Of a DNA stretch of 24,000 nucleotides, positions 10,216-18,740 are shown one piece after another. Source of the DNA: an uncultured Actinomycetota bacterium (lineage in GTDB: Bacteria > Actinomycetota > Actinomycetes > Mycobacteriales > Geodermatophilaceae). Position 1 is the stretch's first letter. The number at the start of each line of letters is the position of its first letter. The translations under genes and the position numbers were made by a program. The stretch spans positions 209,876 to 233,875 of the forward strand of contig CAVZOY010000004.1 in the NCBI GenBank assembly GCA_963777095.1. The letters run 5' to 3'. The notes under the pieces were generated by a model. It did not search any database and was not told the origin of the DNA. It saw only the letters and a list, made by a program, of their open reading frames with translations.

Positions 10216-11165
10216 CACGCCTCGTCGAGCAGCGCGGCGGCCAGCGACCGGTCGGTGACGAGCCCGTCCACCAGGCCGCTGCGGAGGGCCGCGCGGGCCG
10301 CCGGGACCTTGGCCGGCCCGTACGCCATCACCAGCACCCGGGGGATGGCGCGCATCTGGTCGGCGTCGATGCCGATCATCCGGTCGCTCAGCCCGCAGCT
10401 CACCGGCTCGCCGTCCTGGGTCAGGAAGACGCCGGAGAGCTCGGCGCACACGCCGTGCCGTGCGGCGCTGCGCCGGTCGTGATCGGCGGCGCTGTCGTAG
10501 AGCGTCGACTGCCCCGGCGCCCACCGGCCGAGTCCGACGACGGCCGTGGTGACCTTCGGTACCTGGGCGAACGTGTGCGCCACCTCGGGCTGCCGCCGCA
10601 GCGCCTGGGCCGTCGCCGGGTCGGGCACGGTGAACGGGGCGTAGAAGACGTACGCGGGCCCGCCCGCGGCCCGGGCGACGTCGCGCACGATGTCGATGGA
10701 GCTGCCGTCGGCGTCGGGCAGCGAGACCGCACCGGTGAGCTGGACGACCGGTACCTGGGGGAGCCGGGGGAGCGAGCGCGCCATCGCGCCCACCGATCGC
10801 GACCACGCCACGCCCAGGACGTCGTCCGGGCCGATGACCTCGGCGAGCAGTTCGGCGGCGACCTGCCCGAGGTGCGTGCGCACCGATCCGGTCTCGTCGT
10901 CGGCGGCGTCGACGACGACGGCGTGCCGCAACCCGTACCGCTCCTGGAGGCGGGCGGACAGGTCGACGTCGATCGGGCCGGGCTGGCCGATCTCGATGCG
11001 CACCAGGCCGCTCTCCCGCGCCGCCTCGAGCAGCCGGGCCACCTTGAAGCGGCTCAGGTCGAACTCCTCGGCGATCTCGAGCTTCGACCGCCCGTCCAGG
11101 TAGTACCGGCGGGCCACCGAGGCCGACAGCACGAGGGTCGCCGGACCGGCCGATCGGGTCGTCAT
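10215..11165 (-). CDS. SorC/DeoR-type sugar-binding transcriptional regulator
   Basis: Translation: MTTRSAGPATLVLSASVARRYYLDGRSKLEIAEEFDLSRFKVARLLEAARESGLVRIEIGQP.. (N-terminal HTH) followed by a sugar-phosphate-binding domain (..LGVAWSRSV..VVQLTGAV..VVGLG..). It is divergent from the PTS operon. Confidence 0.88.
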   Translation of the reverse strand: MTTRSAGPATLVLSASVARRYYLDGRSKLEIAEEFDLSRFKVARLLEAARESGLVRIEIGQPGPIDVDLSARLQERYGLRHAVVVDAADDETGSVRTHLGQVAAELLAEVIGPDDVLGVAWSRSVGAMARSLPRLPQVPVVQLTGAVSLPDADGSSIDIVRDVARAAGGPAYVFYAPFTVPDPATAQALRRQPEVAHTFAQVPKVTTAVVGLGRWAPGQSTLYDSAADHDRRSAARHGVCAELSGVFLTQDGEPVSCGLSDRMIGIDADQMRAIPRVLVMAYGPAKVPAARAALRSGLVDGLVTDRSLAAALLDEA

Positions 11166-11203
11166 CGCCACTCCCTGCTCATCTGAGCGCTCCGCGCCCA
11201 TTT

Positions 11204-11224
11204 CTGCACAGATGCCTTGTGCAG
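11204..11224. promoter_or_regulatory. inverted repeat CTGCACA-gatgcct-TGTGCAG in the sorC / PTS divergent promoter region; candidate operator
   Basis: The 7-bp arms are exact reverse complements, read directly. The repeat lies ~40 nt upstream of the regulator start and ~90 nt upstream of the EIICB start. The function is inferred. Confidence 0.3.
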
Positions 11225-11312
11225 GGCAGTGTGACTCACGACACTTCGGCCAGGCCAGAGGAGTCCGGGCGTGGTGTGCGTCCGGCCGGGTGCTTGTCGC
11301 AGGAGGAGCGAA

Positions 11313-12872
11313 GTGACCGTCCACGCCGAGGCGCCGGCCCGCAGTTCCGGTGCACGCATCGCCGTCCAGAAATTCGGCACGTTCCTCTCCGGAATGATCA
11401 TGCCGAACATCGCCGCCTTCATCGCCTGGGGCATCATCACGGCGCTGTTCATCGAGAAGGGCCCCTTCCCCGTCGGCGGGATCGGTGGCTTCGGGGTGGA
11501 CGACGCCGGCGAGCCGAACACCGGCCTGGTCGGGCCGATGATCCGGTTCATGCTTCCGCTGCTCATCGCGGTGCAGGGCGGCCGGATGGTCTACGGCGTG
11601 CGTGGCGCGGTGGTCGCCGCCGTCGCCACGATGGGCGTGATCGTCAGCACCGGCCAGCCCATGTTCCTCGGCGCGCTGATCATGGCGCCGCTGGCCGCCT
11701 GGGTGATGAAGCAGCTCGACAAGCTGTGGGACGGCAAGATCAAGCCCGGCTTCGAGATGCTGGTCAACAACTTCTCCGCCGGCATCGCTGCCGCCGCGCT
11801 CGCCGTCGTCGGCTTCTTCGCCTTCGGGCCGGTGATCGAGAAGGTGTCGCAGGGGCTGGGCAACGGGGTCGACTGGCTGGTCGACAACGGCCTGCTGCCA
11901 CTGGCCAGCCTCATCATCGAGCCGGCCAAGGTGCTCTTCCTGAACAACGCCATCAACCACGGCGTGCTGACCCCGCTGGGCGTCGAGCAGAGCGCGGAGC
12001 AGGGCTTCTCGATCCTGTTCCTGCTCGAGGCCAACCCCGGACCGGGCCTGGGCGTCCTGCTGGCGTACTCGATCTTCGGCACCGGCCTGGCCAAGGCCAC
12101 CGCTCCCGGCGCCATCGTGATCCACTTCTTCGGCGGCATCCACGAGATCTACTTCCCGTACGTGCTGGCCAAGCCGATCCTCCTGCTGGGCACGATCGCC
12201 GGCGGCATGGTGGGCATCGGCACGCTGGCGATCTTCGACGCCGGCCTGCGCGCGCCGGCGGCCCCGGGGTCGATCATCGCGGTGCTGGCGCAGACGCCGG
12301 GCGGGATGTTCGTCCCGGTCGGCCTCTCCGTCCTGCTGGCGGCCGCGACGTCGTTCGTCATCTGCTCCCTGCTCCTGCGGCTGAGCCGCAAGAAGGACAC
12401 CGACCTGGCCGCGGCGACCGCCGAGATGGAGGCCCGGAAGGGCAGCGCCAGCACGGCCGCCGGGCTGCTGACCGGCCGTCTCGACGAGGACAGCGAGACG
12501 AGGGCGTTCGAGGAGCGGGCGGAGGCGGCCGAGGAGGCGCACGAGGCCCGGTCCCGGCGGAAGCCCATCCACCGCATCGTCTTCGCCTGCGACGCCGGCA
12601 TGGGATCGAGCGCGATGGGTGCCTCGGTGCTCCGCAACAAGATCAAGAAGGCCGGGTTCGAGGACGTCGCGGTCACGAACCTCGCGATCGCGAACCTGAC
12701 CGACGACGTCGACCTGATCGTGACCCACCAGGACCTCACGCCGCGGGCGCAGAGCATGTCGCCGTCCGCGCAGCACGTGTCCGTCGACAACTTCATGAAC
12801 AGCCCGAAGTACGACGCGATCGTCGAGGAACTGAAGGTCACCAACGCCCACGGCGCGGCGTCGTCCAGCTGA
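11313..12872 (+). CDS. mtlA: PTS mannitol-family (hexitol) transporter subunit EIICB
   Basis: AGGAGGAG SD precedes GTG 11313. Translation: ..IAVQKFGTFLSGMIMPNIAAFIAWGIITALFIEKG..LIIEPAKVLFLNNAINHGVLTPLG..GIHEIYFPYVL (MtlA-type EIIC). A charged linker follows, then EIIB IVFACDAGMGSSAMGASVLRNKIKKAG with the phospho-Cys motif. Confidence 0.9.
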   Translation: MTVHAEAPARSSGARIAVQKFGTFLSGMIMPNIAAFIAWGIITALFIEKGPFPVGGIGGFGVDDAGEPNTGLVGPMIRFMLPLLIAVQGGRMVYGVRGAVVAAVATMGVIVSTGQPMFLGALIMAPLAAWVMKQLDKLWDGKIKPGFEMLVNNFSAGIAAAALAVVGFFAFGPVIEKVSQGLGNGVDWLVDNGLLPLASLIIEPAKVLFLNNAINHGVLTPLGVEQSAEQGFSILFLLEANPGPGLGVLLAYSIFGTGLAKATAPGAIVIHFFGGIHEIYFPYVLAKPILLLGTIAGGMVGIGTLAIFDAGLRAPAAPGSIIAVLAQTPGGMFVPVGLSVLLAAATSFVICSLLLRLSRKKDTDLAAATAEMEARKGSASTAAGLLTGRLDEDSETRAFEERAEAAEEAHEARSRRKPIHRIVFACDAGMGSSAMGASVLRNKIKKAGFEDVAVTNLAIANLTDDVDLIVTHQDLTPRAQSMSPSAQHVSVDNFMNSPKYDAIVEELKVTNAHGAASSS

Positions 12873-12902
12873 GCCGGCGGGCGACGAGCGAGGAGGGCGG
12901 CA

Positions 12903-13343
12903 GTGCCGACCGACGACATCCTGACCCTGTCCCAGATCAAGGTGCCGGGGCAGGCGGCGAGCAAGGACGACGCGATCCGCGAGGCCGGCGGGCTGCTGGT
13001 GGACGCCGGCGCGGTGACGCCCGCCTACGTCGACGCGATGTTCGAGCGGGAGAAGTCCGTGTCCACGTACATGGGCAACTACCTCGCGATCCCGCACGGC
13101 ACCCTGGACGCCACCGGTGAGATCCGGCGCTCCGGGCTGTCGGTCGTGCGGTACGACCGGCCGATCGACTGGGACGGCAACGAGGTCCGGTTCGCCGTCG
13201 GGGTCGCCGGGGCGGACGGCGGCCACCTGGAGATCCTCGGCAAGATCGCGATCATCTTCTCGGACGCCGACGAGGTCGAGAAGCTCCTGGCAGCGGGATC
13301 GGCCGAGGAACTCCACCAGCTGCTGCACGCGGTCAACGACTGA
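12903..13343 (+). CDS. PTS mannitol/fructose-family EIIA component
   Basis: Translation: MPTDDILTLSQIKVPGQAASKDDAIREAGGLLVDAGAVTPAYVDAMFEREKSVSTYMGNYLAIPHGT.. (phospho-His in the IPHG context) ..RFAVGVAGADGGHLEILGKIA. It is 146 aa long, typical of EIIA-2. Confidence 0.88.
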   Translation: MPTDDILTLSQIKVPGQAASKDDAIREAGGLLVDAGAVTPAYVDAMFEREKSVSTYMGNYLAIPHGTLDATGEIRRSGLSVVRYDRPIDWDGNEVRFAVGVAGADGGHLEILGKIAIIFSDADEVEKLLAAGSAEELHQLLHAVND

Positions 13344-13367
13344 GCACCACCGGAAGAGGGGACCGAC

Positions 13368-14408
13368 ATGAAGGCGCTGCGCTTCTACGCGCCCGAGGAC
13401 GTGCGGCTCGAGGACGTGCCCGAACCGGAGTGCGGTCCGGACGAGGTCAAGCTGCGCGTGCGCAACTGCTCGACGTGCGGCACCGACGTCAAGATCCTGC
13501 ACAACGGGCACCAGAACCTCAGCCCGCCGCGGACGATGGGCCACGAGGTCGCCGGTGAGGTCGTCGAGGTCGGCCGCAACGTCAGCGGCTGGGCGGAGGG
13601 CGACCGGGCGCAGGTCATCGCCGCCGTGCCCGACGGGACCTGCTACGAGTGCCGCAAGGGCTGGATGGCGGTCTGCGAGAACCAGACCTCGATCGGCTAC
13701 CAGTACGACGGCGGCTTCGCCGAGTACATGATCGTTCCGCGCCAGGTCCTGGCCGTCGACGGGCTCAACCGGATCCCCGACAACATCGGCTTCGACGAGG
13801 CGTCGGTCGCCGAGCCGTTCGCCTGCGCGATCAACGCGCAGGAGCTCGTGCACGTGGGCGACGGCGACACGGTCGTCGTCTTCGGTGCCGGGCCCATCGG
13901 CTGCCTGCACACCCGCCTGGCCCGGGCCAACGGGGCGAGCCGGGTCTTCCTCGTCGACGTGCTGGCCGACCGCCTGGCCATGTCCGCCGACGCGGTCAAG
14001 CCCGACGAGGTCATCAACGCGCGCGAGGTGGACGTCGTCCAGCACGTCAAGGACCTCACCGACGGCCGCGGGCCGGACGTGGTGATCACGGCGACCGCCG
14101 CCAACGTCACGCAGGAGCAGGCGATCCAGATGGCCGCCCGCCGAGGGCGCGTCTCCTTCTTCGGTGGCCTGCCCAAGACGAACCCGTACATCCAGTGCGA
14201 CTCGAACCTGGTGCACTACCGCGAGCTGATGCTCATGGGTGCCAACGGCTCGGCCCCGTCGCACAACAAGCGGGCGCTGGAGTACATCTCCAGCGGGCAG
14301 GTGCCGGTCAAGGACCTGATCACCGTGCACCTGCCGCTGGAGCGGGCGATGGAGGCCTTCGACATCGTGGCCAAGGGCGAGGCCATCAAGGTGACGATCG
14401 AGCCGTGA
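13368..14408 (+). CDS. zinc-dependent MDR-family polyol(-phosphate) dehydrogenase (GatD / sorbitol dehydrogenase-like)
   Basis: Translation: MKALRFYAPEDVRLEDVPEPECGPDEVKLRVRNCSTCGTDVKIL..MGHEVAGEVVEVG (catalytic Zn C..GHE), CYECRKGWMAVC (structural Zn lobe), VVVFGAGPIGCL (Rossmann GxGxxG). It is the last gene of the PTS operon. Confidence 0.88.
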   Translation: MKALRFYAPEDVRLEDVPEPECGPDEVKLRVRNCSTCGTDVKILHNGHQNLSPPRTMGHEVAGEVVEVGRNVSGWAEGDRAQVIAAVPDGTCYECRKGWMAVCENQTSIGYQYDGGFAEYMIVPRQVLAVDGLNRIPDNIGFDEASVAEPFACAINAQELVHVGDGDTVVVFGAGPIGCLHTRLARANGASRVFLVDVLADRLAMSADAVKPDEVINAREVDVVQHVKDLTDGRGPDVVITATAANVTQEQAIQMAARRGRVSFFGGLPKTNPYIQCDSNLVHYRELMLMGANGSAPSHNKRALEYISSGQVPVKDLITVHLPLERAMEAFDIVAKGEAIKVTIEP

Positions 14409-14437
14409 CGGGTCGCGGCAGCCGGTAACCGACGCGG

Positions 14438-15246
14438 TCAGGCGAGTGCCGGCGCGATGGCGCACTCGGCGACGAAGGCGGCGACCACCTCGTGGACCGC
14501 CTCGCGGTCGTGCTCGTTGAGGACGTCGTGCAGATCGCCCGGGAACGTGACCAGGCGGGCGCCCGGCAGCATGCCGGCGGCCGTCCGTGCGTCGGCCACC
14601 TGGACCACCTGGTCGTCCTCGCCGTGGACGAACAGGACGGGCAGCTCGGGCAGACCCTCGGCCAGGCCGGTGGCGGCCTCCGGCCACACCTGCGTGATGG
14701 CCAGCAGGGACTCGCGACGGAAGCCGCCGTGCCAGGTCAGCGGGTCGTGCAACAGCGCGTGCACGTACTCGGGACGCGTGCTGAACAGCTCGCTCGGGTC
14801 GGCGTCGGGCTCCGCCGCGCCGTCGGAGGCCAGCGCCGCCTCGATCCACTCCTGCCGGCGGAGCGGCGCCCCCGAGAGCACGAGGGCGTCGGCGATCCCG
14901 GGGGAGCGGAGCGCGAGCAGGTAGGCGGCCAGGCCGCCCCCGGAGTGGCCGACGACGACCACCGGCCGGCCGGGGTGCCGGTCGGTGGCGATGGTGGCCA
15001 GCTGCCGCGCGTCGTCGACGTAGGCGTTCCAGTCGAGGACGGCGCGCTCCCCGTCGCTGCGCCCGTGGCCCATGGCGTCCATGGCGTGCACCGCGCTGCC
15101 GTCGGCGGTGAGCCGCCGGGCGAGCGCGTCGTACAGGCCGAGGTATTCGCCGTAGCCGTGCAGCAGGACGACGACGCGCTCGACGTCCCCGTCCGGAAGC
15201 CACGCATCGTGGAAGACCCGGCCGCTGGAGCCGATGAAGAAGGCCA
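14438..15246 (-). CDS. alpha/beta hydrolase (lysophospholipase / monoacylglycerol lipase-like)
   Basis: Translation: MAFFIGSSGRVFHDAWLPDGDVERVVVLLHGYGEYLGLYDALARRL..VVVVGHSGGGLAAY (GxSxG nucleophile elbow) ..LFVHGEDDQVV.. ..GDLHDVLNE (Asp/His of the triad). Only the last 269 codons of the 731-aa track ORF are coding-like. Confidence 0.85.
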
Positions 15247-15403
15247 TCGGAGTTCCTCTCTCGCTCGGTGCGACCACGGAGCGGCCGCTGCGTCGACCGT
15301 GGGCTCCCGACCTGTCGGCCGGCTGTCGTGGCCGTGCCGCTGACGGGGTTGCGCCGTCGGAAGTCGTGGAAGACTGCCCGGACCTACGTCGAGGTGGCCG
15401 GCG

Positions 15404-18314
15404 ATGCTGTTCCGCGTTCTCGGTCCGCTCGAGGTCGAGGTGGGGGCCGAGCGGATCACGATCCCGGGGGAGCGGTCCCGCGCGCTCCTCGTGGCTCTCC
15501 TCCTCCAGCCGCACGGCGCGGTTCCGTCTGCTCGCCTGGTCGACCTGCTCTGGCCGGACCGCCCGCCGGAGGACCCGGCCAATGCGCTGCACCAGGTGGT
15601 GCGCCGCCTGCGCGGCTCCCTCGGTGCGCTGGGGTCGCTGGTCCGCAGCCGGGCGCCCGGGTACCAGCTCGCGATCGACCCGTCGGACGTCGACGCGGAG
15701 CGGTTCGAGGCCGCCTGCCGCGAGGCGCGGCGGCTCGGGCCTGCCGATCCGTCCGCGGCCGTGCGCCTGTTCGACGACGCCCTGGCCCTCTGGCGGGGGC
15801 CGGCGTACGAGGAGTTCGCCGACGGGTTCGCGCGCTCCGCGTCCGCACGTCTCGACGAGCTGCGGACGTCGGCGTACGAGGAGCGGGCGACCCGGCTGCT
15901 CGACGCCGGCGCCGTGGCCGACGCGGTCGTCGCGGCCCGGGATCTCGTCGCGCGCGAGCCGCTGCGCTCGCGGCCGGTCGACGTCCTCATGCGCGCGCTG
16001 GCCACCGACGGTCGGCCCGCCGAGGCGCTCGAGGCCTACCACCGGCACCGCCGGCTCCTGGCCGACGAGCTGGGGATGGATCCGGCGCCGGCCCTGAGCG
16101 AGCTCGCGACGCGCATCCTCCGCGGTGAGCCGGGCCCGGCGCCGCGGACCCCGCAGGTCGCGGTCGCGGAGCCGGCAGCCGTGTCGGCGCGGGCGCTGCC
16201 CTGGCGACCCGACGTCCTGCTCGGCCGCGAGGACGATCTCGCGCTGGTGCGCGCCTGCCTCGGCACGCAGCGGCTGGTGACCGTCGTCGGGCCCGGCGGG
16301 GTGGGGAAGACCCGGCTCGCGCTGGAGGTCGCCCACGAGCTGTCGGCCGACGGCGGACGGGTGTGGTGGGCCGACCTCTCCACGGCCACCGACGAGCGGG
16401 TGGCCGACGCCGTCGCCGCTGCGCTGGGCACCGACATCCCCCGCGGCGACGACCCGGCCGGCGCGCTCGCCGCGGCGGTCGGCGGCTTCCGCGGCGTCCT
16501 CTGCCTGGACAACGCGGAGACGGTGCTCGCGCCGCTGGCCCCGCTCGTCGAGCGGCTGCTCGCGTCGGCGCCCGGGCTGACCCTGCTGGCCACCAGCCGG
16601 GAGCGGCTCGACGTGGCTCGCGAGCACGTCCACGTCCTCGCGCCGCTGCCGCTGCCGTCAGGTGCCGACCGGGGCAACCCCGCCGTCCGGTTGTTCGTCG
16701 ACCGGGCTCCCGGGTTGGAGGCCGACCGGCTCTCGGACGACGACGTCGAGGTCGTGGCCGCGACCTGCCGCCGGCTCGACGGGCTCCCGCTCGCCATCGA
16801 GATCGGTGCCGCGCGTGCCCCGGCGTTGGGGTTGCGCGAGTTCGCCGACCGGCTCGGCCAGGGTCTCGGCCTGCTCACCGGCGGACGCCGCACGGCCGCG
16901 CAACGGCACCGATCGGTGCGGGCGGTCGTGGACTGGTCGTTCGGACTGCTCACCGACGACGAGGCCCGGCTGTTCCTCCGCCTGGGCGTCTTCCCGAGCT
17001 CGTTCACCCTCGACCAGGCCGAGGCGGTGTGCGCCGACGAGCGGCTCCCCGCAGCCGAGATCGCCGGCCTCCTCGGCCGGCTGGTCGACCAGTCGCTGGT
17101 CCAGGCCGGACAGGGCCGGTTCTGGCTGCTGGAGACCCTGCGGGCCTACGTCCGCGAGCGGTCCGACCCCGCAGAGCGGGACGCGCTCGCCGGTCGGCAC
17201 GCGCGGGACGCCGCTGCGCGGTTGGCGGCCCTGAGCCCGCGGCTGTCCGGTCCCGACGAAGCCGCCGCGGTCGCGGCGATCGCGGCACTCGGCCCCGACC
17301 TGCGGGTGGCGTGGTCCTACGCGAGCCGGCACGACCGTCCGCTCGCCGTCGAGCTGGCCGCCGACGTCATGGATTACGCCTACACCCGCCAGCGCCTCGA
17401 TCTGCTCGAATGGGGCCTGACCGTGGCGGGCTGGGACATCGAGCATCCCCGGCTGCCCGACGCGTACGCGGCCGCGGCGGCCGCCTCGTGGGCAGTGGGC
17501 CGCATCTCGGAGGCCGGTGAGCTCGCCCGGCGCGGAGTCGCGCTGGCCGGGGGGTTCGACGCGCCGTCGGCCGCCCGTGCCGTCGACCAGTGCGCGTGCG
17601 AGGCGATGTTCCGCACCCGCAGCAGCGAGGCGGTCGAGCTGTTCCGGACGGCCGCGCGGCTGCACCGGGCCGCGGGGAACGGACATGCTGGGGATCGAGG
17701 GCGACATCTCCGCATACCAGGCACTGACCTACGGGGGCGGCGCCGCCGAGGCGGCCGCGGCGGTGCCCGCGCTGCTGCACCGCGCGCGGGAGACGGGAAA
17801 TCCGAGCGTCCAGTCATGGGCGTACTACGTGCTCGGCGAGGCGTACGCCAAGCTCGACCCGCCGCGGGCCATCGCGGCGTACACCGCGTGCGTCGAACTC
17901 GGGTCGGTGGCCGACAACAGGCTCTACGTCATGCTCGGCCGCAGCTCCGCCGTGGCGCTGTTCGCCGCGCACGAGGCGCCCCAGGACGCAATCGCGGAGT
18001 TCGAGACGGTGCTCGGCGACTGGGAGGACATCGGCAACGAGCTGTCCCAGTGGTGGGTGCTCCAGAACCTGGTGATCTTCCTGGCACGGACCGGCGCATG
18101 GGCGGACGCCGCGCTGCTTGCCGGGGCGGTGCTCGCCAACATCGACCGCGCCCCCACCTTCGTCCGCGAGGACGACGGGCTCCGGCGGGCGGTCGACGAA
18201 CTCGAGCGGGCACTGGGTTCGGCCGACGCCGGAGCGTTGCTCAGCGAAGGCGGCGGGATGGCCATCGCGACCGCCGCCGCGCACGCCCGGGCGGCCATCC
18301 GTCGCGCTGCCTGA
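15404..18314 (+). CDS. SARP/AfsR-family transcriptional regulator (OmpR-type wHTH + BTAD + NB-ARC P-loop ATPase + TPR-like C-terminus); one frame break near 17680
   Basis: Translation: MLFRVLGPLEVEVGAERITIPGERSRALLVALLL.. (wHTH); ALALWRGPAYEEFAD..RPVDVLMRALATDGRPAEALEAYHRHRRLLADELGMDPAPAL (BTAD); VTVVGPGGVGKTRLA and LCLDNAE (Walker A/B). After ..RLHRAAGN the homologous helical-repeat sequence DMLGIEGDISAYQALTY..AHARAAIRRAA* continues in the frame of ORF 17517..18314. Confidence 0.85.
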
Positions 18315-18547
18315 AGCCGGGTCAGGATGAGCACCGCCGCCGGTCCGTTGACGAACGCGGGGATCCCGCTCGCGAGGTGACCGGTGGCGAGCGCCCAGCT
18401 CAGCCACACCGCGGCGTTGCCGAGCGTGAGCCAGTAGGTGCCCGCGGACAGCCCCTGCACCTCTTTCGTGCGCAGCACCCGGACCGCCTGGGGCAGGCCG
18501 AGCATCGTCGACAGCGCCGCGCCGGTCCAGGCGAGGACGTCGGTCAT
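18299..18547 (-). CDS. SemiSWEET-like PQ-loop membrane protein (3 TM); 3' end uncertain because the frame stays open to 17924
   Basis: GAGGAGA SD precedes ATG 18547. Translation: MTDVLAWTGAALSTMLGLPQAVRVLRTKEVQGLSAGTYWLTLGNAAVWLSWALATGHLASGIPAFVNGPAAVLILTRLQAARR. It shows the PQ motif after TM1, three hydrophobic helices and a size typical of bacterial SemiSWEETs. The listed end is where family-like sequence ends, not a stop codon. Confidence 0.6.
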
Positions 18548-18740
18548 CGCGGGTCTCCTCGTGTGCCCGGTCGAGCGGCCCCGGGACTGGCCTGCGACGA
18601 CCGTGGACCGACGACCTGACATCCGGCTGTCGCGCGGGAGCCGCCCGGCCCTCGCCTCCTGTCGTCGGGCCGACCTTCCGCGAGGCTCGGCAGGCCGCGC
18701 GCGGCAGCCGCGGGCATGATCGGCCCGGAAGGAGGTCCGG

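Noticed and set aside
10215-15203. 1662-aa minus-strand ORF spanning the whole PTS operon.
   Set aside because: Only its last 316 codons (10215-11165, the SorC regulator) read as real protein. The rest is Arg/Gly/Asp/His-rich low-complexity sequence antisense to well-supported plus-strand genes (mtlA-type EIICB, EIIA, Zn-dehydrogenase). It is a stop-poor shadow frame typical of very high GC DNA.
14438-16633. 731-aa minus-strand ORF, and the overlapping 14737..16005 and 16036..17007 minus ORFs.
   Set aside because: Upstream of M at 15246 they are antisense to the SARP regulator, whose wHTH, BTAD and P-loop motifs are unambiguous. Only the alpha/beta hydrolase part (14438-15246) is kept.
15404-18314. 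STAND NTPase as an Avs-like antiphage defence protein.
   Set aside because: The N-terminus is a classical OmpR-type wHTH plus BTAD domain (start MLFRVLGPLEV). This defines SARP/AfsR transcriptional regulators, and there is no nuclease or other effector domain.
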